A DNA stretch of 64,000 bases. Origin: Kudoa neothunni (lineage: Eukaryota > Animalia > Cnidaria). Location of the stretch: assembly GCA_964304625.1 (NCBI GenBank), contig OZ199838.1, forward strand, positions 11,371,608 through 11,435,607. Reading direction: 5' to 3'. This document shows positions 53,725-64,000 of the stretch, piece after piece; position 1 is the first letter of the stretch, and each line of letters opens with the position of its first letter. The position numbers and the translations under genes are program-made. The notes below the pieces were generated by a model. That model saw nothing but the letters and a program-made list of their open reading frames with translations. It had not been told where the DNA came from and did not search any database.

Positions 53725-55414
53725 CAGGGGTTCTCAGCTGGGGGTAAATTAAGCGTTATCAAAATTGGATGAGGCAATTCATGCAGAAAAAAGTTTGTGA
53801 CGTATTTAAGGATTCCTAAGGAATTATGTTAGTTGGGGCCCGCGTGAACCCCAAATCCGACTAATTTGAACCTAATTTTCAATAGACAAATCTAAACCAT
53901 CCGTAAATTTCGAGATTTCTCTAACAATTTTCAACACTTGGAATGACATAAAAACAATTCACCTTAAAAATTATTATCGGCTAATTTTAATTATTTTTGT
54001 GCCTTCAGAGACAAAAATGTTTCGTTTTTAAGGAAAACTCACATGTACTGAGAGAATTTATTTTTCTCTTATAATTATAGATTTAAAGGTTTAGTATGTA
54101 ATATTTAATTGAGTAAATGATGAAACTTCGCTTATCATAGAATTTCATTGCGGATTACCGAGTCTTGATCCCAAATAATTTATCTAATTTCGTATTTACT
54201 TTTCGTTACCATAAGCTTGTCGCTAGAAGGATATGAGTAGTTCGTCCGACAAACTTTTAATTTTAATGATTTTTAAGGAGAATCAATGAAGTAGTTTAGA
54301 TATTGGTATAGTGGAATTTTTTTGTTCTACCTAATTTTGTAATTATGAAAACCTCCTTCTTATATTATTAAATTTAAGGAGAAAAACTTTTTAAAACAAA
54401 GCAATACAGTGAAAATTAAAAATTACATAACAGAAATAACACAACAAACCCAGTTTTCTAATAACAAGTTAGGTACAACAAAGAAAGTATAAATTAATGT
54501 CAAGAGTTAATTTGAACTGTGTGTTTCATATATGCCTTAAAAATTATGGTAAATTAAAAATTAGAGCCAAGACACCTTTATTTATTTATTTTAACCCGCT
54601 TATTGTTAATTTGTTGTTAACGATTTTATACGATCATGTTGCCGCTGTTGCTATCCGCTCGGATCAATTTTATTTATGATTTCTTCTTTTTAAATGGTTT
54701 TCATGTTGTAAATTACTTTGTTTTCAGTTAAATATGTTTAATTTTAATTTTTGGACGATTCAATTCTTTCTTAATTTTAAATAACCAATATTTGTGCATT
54801 ATGAGACTCTGTTTTGAAGCCTACTAATGTTCCATAATCAATTTAATTGCCTATGCAGAACATCTTATAAATAGTTGAAAAATAGTTTAATCATAGCCCT
54901 ACCTAAGAAATTAAAGACCATAGAGATAATTTTTTTCTAGGGTCCGGACAGACCCCATCGGGACGGGAAGAATTTTTTTCACACCGTACAGGAAAGGTTA
55001 AAATGTTTAACAAATATTTATAAAACTATAAACAGCATCTTTCTTGTATGCCTTGTTCATTTCTTAGTGATGTAGCCTAATAACAATACTTATAGATGCA
55101 ATCTGCATGACAGATAATATTTAAATGTCACTAGTTTTGACGATGTTTTATTATTTGTGATCTTAAGGGGGAAGGAAGGGTCAAAAATAATTTAATGTAG
55201 AAAAATCTAAAAAAAATCTTTAGACAGCTCACGAGTTGGAGTTGTTGGTATTAGAAAATGTCATCACACAAGCGTAAATGCCTTTTAGGATTAGAATTTA
55301 CTATGTAAATAACCCCTGATATAGCTAAAACAATATAAAATCTTAGATTAAATATGAATTTTGTTTCCCTACTTATTAGGAGGATAAATTTGAAAAAATT
55401 GTTGAGAACCCCTA
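53725..55414. mobile_element. Non-autonomous hAT element with 8-bp TSD, carrying a nested piggyBac-like piece (~53830-55000)
   Basis: TIR caggggttctcagc / gttgagaaccccta. Exact TSD gtctaatt at 53717-53724 and 55415-55422. Internal ggg...cccc subterminal motifs and a gaaagg-ttaa end at ~55000. Confidence 0.85.
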
Positions 55415-55687
55415 GTCTAATTAAATATCATTTAATAAACATCTAACTTTATATCAAATAGAATCTATCTAATATCACAAATAATCAAAAAAATAATATT
55501 ATTAAAAATAATAATTCTACCCTCAACGAATTTTCTAAAATAATTTATTATTTTTTAATTCTTCAATAACAATAAAGACCAATATAAAACATAATAAATA
55601 ACAGAAAATCTTTGTTGATAGTAGATAGTTGTAGATGGACAATTTGGAAATATAACCCATCTTATTGAGTTGAATATTGTAGTGTCA

Positions 55688-58162
55688 TTATTTCTTTATT
55701 GCCGACAATGAAAACTTTTTCATGAAAGCTTCTAGTGGTTCATGAGAGGAGACGAATGTTTTGTTCACTAAACAATTTAGAGAGATTAACTTTTCGAGAA
55801 AAACCTATCTCAAATATTCCACAAAAAATTGTCAAATCAAGTTGCATACAAGATTGTGGGATGTTAGGGGAACTAATTTTAAGAGGATCACGATCAAAAG
55901 CTAAAGATTCCAAACATAGTTTTTGTAGAACAAGGTCTAAAAAATTTTAGATCAAGTCTACTACATAAGTTCAAGTACCATCATTAAAAAATAATTTATA
56001 GTTGAAATCAAATGTCATAGAATCAATAAGTTGGTCTGTAATATTTTTGGAGGTTTCATCGAGAGGTTCAGCTAACGCGAACTTAGCATATCTATTAGTG
56101 ATCCGTGATTTACCTGGAAATTCTGAAAATGTTTTTATTGGGCGCTTATCATCAAAATATGGCAGGAAGATGAGATAGAATCCATTCGGTATTTCAGCAC
56201 TTGTGTCAGATGACTAACGAAGCCGAATCACAATAAAATAATCATAAAATATTCAGGTGGATACCGAGTGGGGAAAAAGGGTCACATTTTTCCGACTGTG
56301 TGAATTTACTGCCATATATTCACACAATATTGATTTTTTGCACTTTAAACAACTCTCCCACAGATGCCAATATAAGGTGCAGCTGTTTGCAAGGATCTAT
56401 GGGTGGGAAGGCGCCAACAAAAATAAATTATGGCAACCAACTACATAGTTGAATCACTTTGTCGTTTGGATATAAGTAATGAGTGGATTTATATTGGTAG
56501 TCCAATGTGACACTATCCAAATCACAGAAACCTAACACACGCAACCCTGGTGTAATTTTAGGGAATATCTTCGTCAATTCTTGCTCTTTTATCACTATCT
56601 ATTTATCGATCCATACACCAAATGATTACTGACAACAACATTTACATCTTTGTCTACGATATTGATGTATTTGCCTATATGCTCTGGTTTGACAGTCAGA
56701 TTGTAGGTCTACAATTTTAACTTTAAATCTCAATAGAAAGTACATCTGCAAGAAACTTTGCAAATATCAATAGATTCTGTGATAATTTTGGCCTTGGTAA
56801 ATTCATTTAATAGCGCAAACATATTCTGGTTTAATTTGGTTATTTTGCATCCCGTGTATCTTAATTTTTATATTTTTTGAATACATCAATTCTATAAAAA
56901 GTAATACAGTTGAACAGCAAATTTTAGGCATTCTTTATTGTTATTGTCATCATTTATATAAACAAAAGTCGTCGAATGTTCTTGTTTGCCAAATGCCATG
57001 GAAAATAATGTCCTACCAACTGATAGAACTAATTATTGTTAAGCACCGAAATACCTATTCCATTGATTAACATCCTCAAATTTCTTCCAATACGAACAAT
57101 AATCCTGCACATTCAATATTAATTATATTTACTGTAATTTCTACAATTAGAACCTTGTAAAAATGACTATAGTCAAATTCAGGTTGTAATGGTATCACAA
57201 AAGTATTAATTTGGTTTTTCTGTAAGTTCTACATATATTTATTACCCCTTCTTCATGTACAAAAAAAATAATTTATCATATACATCAGACAATACATCCA
57301 ATAACACCTATATTACAAAATTAACTTATTGTACAAAATTAATAAAAATATCTACTCGATCACTTTTTACATTATTTATTGGACTGTCATTGTTGGTTAA
57401 TAGTAGAAAATATTTTTTAACATTTTCCTCACTATAGTCAAAAATAGAATAAATTTTTAAATCTCAAAATCACGCTTCTCTATCCTGATATATATTGCTA
57501 ACGTATTGGTATAGCTCTTTGATTAGCGTAACAGTGGGTGAACTACCACTAGCTGCGCCGGAATCATTAGCATTAGATGAGTCCTCTTCGCAACAAAAAA
57601 GAACTAGCTTAGAAGGATTTTCCTTCACGTTATGGAGATCTATGATAAAACTCTTGGAAACTAATCCTAACTTCTAAATAATAATAGAAGTTGTTATTTT
57701 TTCTTCAATTTTTGCATTACTTTAAATTCCAAGATGGATAAAGTTTTTTCTTCTTGACTTATAAACTTTATTAATTCATATATTATCAACATTTTTATGG
57801 ATTAGCATGGACTAATCAAATGCTTACTGAACCAAAAAATAATACTGCCACATTCCTCATTGCATTTCCGTGAAAAATACTATCCATACAAATTTTATTT
57901 GTGTACTAACAATTAAAAGTTAGATATTATGGATCAATTAAAGTTTATATTGTACTTCTAATGCCACCTTCAATGGGCTCCATATATTACTTTCATCTTG
58001 CGTCTCGAACATCGATGTGTTTAAATCTATAGCCACAACCACATCAACACATCTTGAAAAGCTGTTTTCTTGTTTTTCCAACTAGAATGGTTTATTTATA
58101 AAAAAATTGATATGGATGTGAATGATTGTCACATTTTCGTCGTCCAAAAGCTGGTGATCCAT
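55688..58162 (-). CDS. XRCC6: Ku70 DNA end-binding protein (NHEJ), highly divergent, many short introns
   Basis: MDHQLLDDEN|...CVDVVVAIDLNTSMFETQ...SPLKVALE|...NVAVLFFGS, TYNLTVKP, YQYKSTHYLYPNDK|ILANSCTLYWHLWESCLK, PNGFYLIFLPYFDDKR, LIDSMTFDFN...LESLAFD. These are colinear with Ku70 vWA, beta-barrel and C-arm motifs (e.g. PPGFQLVFLPFADDKR). Last exon approximate. Confidence 0.88.
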
Positions 58163-58326
58163 TTCAACTGGGACAACTAGACTCGCGCACTTATGCAGCA
58201 TTAGATTTCCCCCACCTAACCTTACATAAATTATATAAAGGTTTTGCCAGTTAATTTTTTAATTTTGAGATATTTTCATTAAATTTTCTAGTGTTTTGTG
58301 TTGCGGGGCATTTTTTTCGAAGGTTA
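58163..58326. promoter_or_regulatory. Putative bidirectional promoter/5'UTR interval between Ku70 and METTL4
   Basis: Only 164 bp separate the two divergent predicted start codons. Inferred from geometry alone. Confidence 0.5.
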
Positions 58327-59529
58327 ATGTCTATTGTTTATTTGGACGATGAGTGTGTTTTGTTCGATTTGAAGGGATTGGTTTTTTAAAATATATAAAA
58401 GGAACTAAATGCGAAAATCGTCATAAAAATTTCAAGTTGGTGAATACTACATCCGATGTATCCGAGCCATATTTTGGCGTTGGAAAACGTTTTGGCCCTG
58501 CAACAAAATTAAAATACACCATTGAAAAAATGTTGAAACAAATAAAAAACTCAACATCTTATTTTCCATATAAATTTGGATGAATATTCAATGGACGATC
58601 CTTCCATCAAGAAAAATACTAGACAATACAGAAATAATTTGGTAACTGTTCTTCCACCTCCTGACAACTCTTGTTACTATAAGTCTCTGATAAATACAGA
58701 AGCTACATCAGCTTATGTGCAGCACAACAATAACTCCTATATTCTACCACCATTTTCTAGCTTTCATATTTGTGATATATTCAGATTAAATATTAGCGTG
58801 ATTGCCTCTTTTTTCTGTGCATTATAGATCATGAGATGCTTTTTGATAGGATTATTCGGAAGGGTGTTTTGATTTCATTATTGCGGATCCGCCATGGACG
58901 AATAAGTCTGTAAAAAGATCGTCCAGCTATTATTCCTCCTGTGATGTTTTGTTACACCTCCCAACAATTCAGCTGGGAAAAATTTTAAACCAAAAGTGGG
59001 GATTTCTTTTTCTATGGGTAACCAACAATGCACACTACCAACAGTACACTTTGTGTCATCTCCTTCCGAAATGGAATCTAATCCCGTTAGGATGCTTTGT
59101 TTACGTAAAGGTGATGTTTTTTTTGGTGGTTCTTTTCTAAAATTATGTACTAGTTGACTATGAATGGAGATCCTATCTTTGACGTTGATTCTGTTCACAG
59201 GCAACCGTATGAATATTGCATTGTTTGTGTTCCTAATGTGTGGAGTGAGAATTTACGTCACAATCGGCACAGAAAAAGCTGCCTTGATCTCCCTATTATG
59301 AAATTTATTTTTATGATCCAACCCTGTTTCCACTCATTCAAACCACCTCTTCAAAACTATCTTCAAATGTAAATTTCTTTTGTATTAATTATTGATTTAT
59401 ATTATAATTTTTTGTTTTAGATGGTGTCCTGGAAATTGTGGGCCTATAATGGAACTCTTTTCACGATACCCCTCTCCTAACACTTTATCTTTTGGAAATG
59501 AGATAATTAATTTGTTTGAAAATTTATAA
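58327..59529 (+). CDS. METTL4: MT-A70 family N6-adenine methyltransferase, METTL4 clade
   Basis: YILPPFSSFHICDI...|DYSEGCFDFIIADPPWTNKSVKRSSSY...FLWVTNN...YVK|LTMNGDPIFDVDSVHRQPYE...HSFKPPL...|...MELFSR...SFGNEI. DPPW-x-NKSVKR, WVTN, PYE, HSxKPP, ELFxR and GNE are METTL4 landmarks. The 5' exon needs indels near 58370 and 58572. Confidence 0.92.
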
Positions 59530-61006
59530 ATGTTTCTAATCTTTTTAATGTTTTGTTTATTTATTCAAATTTTATCAAGACTGATGCTTTACATCACTTT
59601 ACGTCAGTCTTTCGGTGTATATTGAAGTATATTAACTAGCATAAATTACAGTTATTAAAACCCACTAATGATTATTTTGATATGATAGGTTCTATTCTCA
59701 TAAGATTAAATAAAAAAGATTTGGCTGAATTTGTCGAAATTAATATTGACCTAAAATTTCTGAGTATGTTTTATAATCTGAACCAGAGAAATTCTAAGTT
59801 AATTTGAATTGCTATAAGTGGAACTGCTGGTTCCGTTAAATTAATAAAAAATATCTCCAATGTCAGAGTCGGAATTATTAGCATGTTTGGAAATGCGTAA
59901 TAAAATCAAGTTTTATGCATATTATTATAAAAATATCTACATCGGTTTTATAATATGATGTACAAGTTACTGTGTCAAATAGATAAATAAATTATTTTAT
60001 GAGTTTATGAAATTTTAATATCTTTATCTAAGATCGATTAACTCCTTTCATTTTTAATCAAATTGAATGTTTACGCATTGTGTCAATCGTAATGAGAAAT
60101 AGCTATTTTCTCCAAATTTAAAACAACTTTATTAATTGAAAATGACTTATCATGCTTACATCGAATAATTATAGTTTATAATTTCCAAAATTATTTATCG
60201 AAAGCGCAAGTGTCATTTTTCGGAAATTGTTCTATATTTTTTAATTCTTCGAAAATAAATTAATAAATAAATTTCTAATTTTTGTTAATATGAAGCTTTG
60301 TTCTTACAATTAAATGTTAACCAATAAATAATGTATATATTAAAAAAAGAAAACATTTAACAATAATCGCGCTAATAAATACTCAAAATGATAATAAAAG
60401 AATCAACAAATAATAGAAATATTTGCAAATTACATATTATTTTGATTAAATTGACAAAAATTGTTCCGTAAAATTTGTCATTAATGTAAATCATGTACAA
60501 ACATTCCTTTAATTATTTGTCTACTACAGCATAGTCAATTTTTCTAATTATATAAACAGAGATTAAAAATAACAAAATATTTATTTTGGAAACTCGTTAC
60601 TTTAAACAATTAATTATAAACAAAATCCTTATTCCACATGACTGCGTTAGTTTGTCATTAACCCCCGTCGATCTGGTCTCTATAGTACTTTTTAACTCGA
60701 AATTTTAAGACTTTCGTTAGTGAAATATATTTTTGTTTTAATATATGACTAAAAATGATAACTTATTCCTTTTTCATTCGTAAATAAATTGGTTAGTTTA
60801 AATTTTAAATGGAACAACACACAAAATTATGAAATATTTACTTTTTAATGGGAGAGATAAACGGCATACAAAAAGTTTTAAAATTAATGAATTATTAAAA
60901 ATTGTATTATTTATTATTTTTAGTTAAACTATACGACAAGTAAGAACGAAATTTTAATTAATGTCATGGTTACGTTATTTAGATTTTTTCGTTGAATTAT
61001 ATAAAA

Positions 61007-61686
61007 CTAGCGCGAAAGCCCCATTTCGCGCAGGCTTTCGTGCCCGGCCGCGTAGGCAAAGGTCATTTGAAGTTCAAAGTAAATTAAGAGTATTTAGATA
61101 AATAGTACAAAGATTACCCAATTAACGGATAATTTATTTAACTAATTGGACGCATGAGCTTTATTTGATATTTTTAAAAACGAATAAACACTACTGAGCG
61201 TTTAAAATTTCTTATTTAGAGCTCCTAAAATATCGATTTTCTCCTTGATGTTCACAGTAATCTCTAAATCATACCATATGAATTCGACTAATCTTGTTAA
61301 ACATCAATAAATGAAATTCATATTAATGTTAGACTACATAACCAAATATAACCTTCCTTATTTTAACTAATTCAATTACTAAATTACTTTTCAATAATGT
61401 TAAATTAAAATAAACACTATGATACATTTAAAATTAACTTTTTATAACTTAAACGAAATGATCTATATGTTTGCATAAATCCTCAAATCAAACCTATCAT
61501 ACCACGTGAAAATGTTTTTTGTCATTTTGTAGAATGCAAATCTTTTATAATTTTTTACGTATTTTTCCATATTAAAATAAAGTTTTATCATTCCATGTGT
61601 GGGCTCAAATTGAGCGATATATCTCTATAAAGAATGAAAAATAAATACATACACACACGGATCACCGGTTGTCTTTATATTTTAGA
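61007..61686 (-). mobile_element. Non-autonomous Helitron (680 bp)
   Basis: Minus strand begins A|TCTAAAATATAAA followed by a (tg)/(tatg) microsatellite. It ends with the hairpin gcgcgaaa-tggggc-tttcgcgc running into CTAG|T. Inserted between A and T with no TSD. Confidence 0.85.
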
Positions 61687-63449
61687 TTTTAATACTTTAA
61701 ATTAAAGTCAATTTGCTCTCAAAAAGTCTATAAATTAAAACTTTTCATTCAAAATGGGTCACATATTTAATTTCCTCATTAAATTTCTAAATTTCGAATT
61801 AAACAACAAAACTACAAAATCCAAAATTTCGCGTAAGCTCAATTATTCACATCTGTTATTTTGCACAAAAACATTAACATATCTTGTATCCTTACAAATT
61901 ATGATTTAGTCATAGTTTTATCTGATAAATAATCCCATTTTGACACAATTATTGTTCAAAAAAGACAAGAAAACAAACTCAAAACATCTAATTTATTATC
62001 AGTTTTTTTATTTTATTCACATTTGTCTTCTTCTCCAAAAATAAGTCGAATCGAGGATCTTTATTGGATAAAGATATGTGCAAATCATAAGTTATAACTA
62101 ACTTATAAATGAACTTGATATTTAATATATTCGTGCAAATATCAGATATAGCAGCTCTTCCCAATTAAAACTGGACTCGCACCTCCATTTTTTGGCAAAC
62201 AAAATTGGCACCCCTTTTCATACGATATGGTGTAACTGACTTAAAATTTATCAAAAATCATTTTCAATTTTGATCGGATATCGCACCCCCTAAGGCGCGG
62301 GCACTCCCAGTTAGGAATCTCTGAGATATAACGTGTTGACGCGTGCGCGAAAATGTGGAATTTTTTGTTTGTTTTAATTCTAAATTTAAAAAGTAAATGA
62401 GAAAAATAAACATTTCCCCCCATCTTGAATGAAGAGTTTTAGTTTATCGAATTTTCGAGCGCAAAGTTGAGTTAAGGTTGAAGTATAAAATCTAGAATAA
62501 TTCAACAAAATAATTGAAAAAAATTAATGTTGATGCCAATTAAACTTTACTTCTTATTTGTCTTGTAATTTGCTCCAAAAAATGTACTATAATATTTTAG
62601 GATTCAAGCAATTTGAATAAAATTTTTTGAATTTGTTTATAGTACCAAATAAGAAGAAATGTACTTTTTAATTTTTATCTTAAGGCTACAAACGATTTGT
62701 ATGTAATGCATAATAGATAATAGTGAATGGTTAACATAAATTAATGAATGTATAGAAAATTCAATTTGTAATCTATAAACTTTGTAACAAAAGTAACACA
62801 TTTCCCTAATTTGATCTTATAAAATGCATAAAAACTATTGATATTTTAATTTTTCTATGTCTTGCGAAATTATGACTCGTGATGAATGATTTCTTTTCAT
62901 AACTACGAAGATTATGACTTGTGCGTCAACAGGTGGTATATAAATTCCAACCCTATCCCAAAAGTTGACATTATAGAATATTATCAAAAAGTAGCAAATA
63001 AATCCAACGTTAAATTTGAAACAATGGAGATCTTTGATGTAAAAGTAAGACCTGCCCTGAATACTATTATAATTATATATACCGGTTGTTTTAATATTAT
63101 AACGGTTGTTCGATTCAAAACTAATAAAAACTATCAAAGGGAGAAAATATGGATTTTTTTATCTACAAGTGGCAGTGTGGATTGAACTGATGAGAGCAAA
63201 ATAGATAGAAGATTCCCAATATGTTTTTATTAATAAAGCTAATGAATTCCTCATGATGATTCAAAATCAACACCTGTACCAATTAGTTGGTTTATGATAT
63301 AATAATAAGATTTAACATTTCGCACAATACATTTTTTAGTGTATCTTCAAATTTTAAATCGTATTCCATTATAAATTAATTCAAGTATTAAGCTAAATAA
63401 GGATGCTAGTTGGTCGAAATATAAACTAATTTTTTAATTTTTTGTTTAA

Positions 63450-63715
63450 TTCCGCATGGGCAGAGTTACGTGTCGTGACGTGAGCAATGGTTTTGATTAC
63501 GCACGGCCCATAATCACTGTATATTCAACCTTGATTGTGCACGAGTCGCGTATGATATACTTTCGATGGTGATTCCGATTGTTTAGAATCCGTACACTAC
63601 GTACGAAGTATGCTTGGCCATACGATTTTTCCGTTGATTCGAGGTATGAGTCTCGAACCCCCACTGCATATTAAAGGTTCTCGGGAACTAAATGCGATCA
63701 CGCTGCACACGTGAA
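63450..63715 (-). repeat. GC-richer island, possible SINE-like element with tRNA-like head
   Basis: Minus-strand ggttcgagac B-box match (~63660-63650) in a CpG-rich patch. No second copy in the window. Confidence 0.3.
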
Positions 63716-64000
63716 CGATATAATTCAATTAATTTAGTTCATTAAAATGTCTTAATATATTTTATGATCATTAATCAATGAGATCATTAATACGAATAAA
63801 ATTTACCTTTTAGATTGATATTGCGCCAGCTTAATCGTACTCTTTATAACTGAAATGTAAAAATCACATCCAATATAACAATAATTAACATATTTGAAAA
63901 ACTTATTCGCAAATTAATTTGAGCTCGGTATAATTCAAGACTAGCCTTTCGAGGAATATTTGACATCCCACATTGAAACATGCTCGACTTAATCAGAAAA

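Noticed and set aside
58878-59204. 108-aa minus-strand ORF
   Set aside because: It is the antisense shadow of METTL4 exons; the plus strand carries the DPPW/WVTN motifs.
59577-59611. 10-bp hairpin (aagactgatg...cgtcagtctt) after the METTL4 stop, considered as a ribozyme or terminator
   Set aside because: It lacks the complete hammerhead core (CUGAUGA...GAAA with three stems). A single short stem is expected by chance, and bacterial terminators do not apply here.
62835-63190. Two overlapping ~100-aa ORFs
   Set aside because: No recognisable domain or coherent splice model; cannot be supported beyond being open frames.
1-64000. CRISPR array, operon-like defence system, rRNA, alternative genetic code
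   Set aside because: No regularly spaced repeat-spacer array and no rRNA-like block. The genes contain spliceosomal introns, and the spliced genes translate cleanly with the standard code using TAA, TAG and TGA as stops.

Overview
This is AT-rich eukaryotic genomic DNA with animal-like genes and very short GT-AG introns (typically about 40-60 nt). A compact-genome parasite such as a myxozoan is plausible, but that is inference only. Hand-splicing recovers five tandem, same-strand, 8-exon paralogues of a Frag1/DRAM/Sfk1-type (DRAM/TMEM150-like) multipass membrane protein (2.8-26.4 kb). It also recovers a multi-exon gene with a C-terminal RUN-like domain and a GC-AG intron, the spliceosomal helicase Brr2/SNRNP200, RRP1/Nop52, and a head-to-head Ku70 (XRCC6) / METTL4 pair. 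Intergenic DNA is crowded with small or fossil mobile elements: tRNA-derived SINEs, piggyBac, Merlin/ISXO2, hAT, Tc1/pogo and Kolobok-like elements, and a non-autonomous Helitron. Several genes carry single-base indels; in Brr2 these are confined to the C-terminal cassette. They are most likely assembly errors but are testable. I saw no prokaryote-type system, CRISPR array, rRNA or bona fide tRNA. All family calls come from recalled motifs, not database searches. The best candidate for undescribed biology is the diversified DRAM/TMEM150-like gene array.
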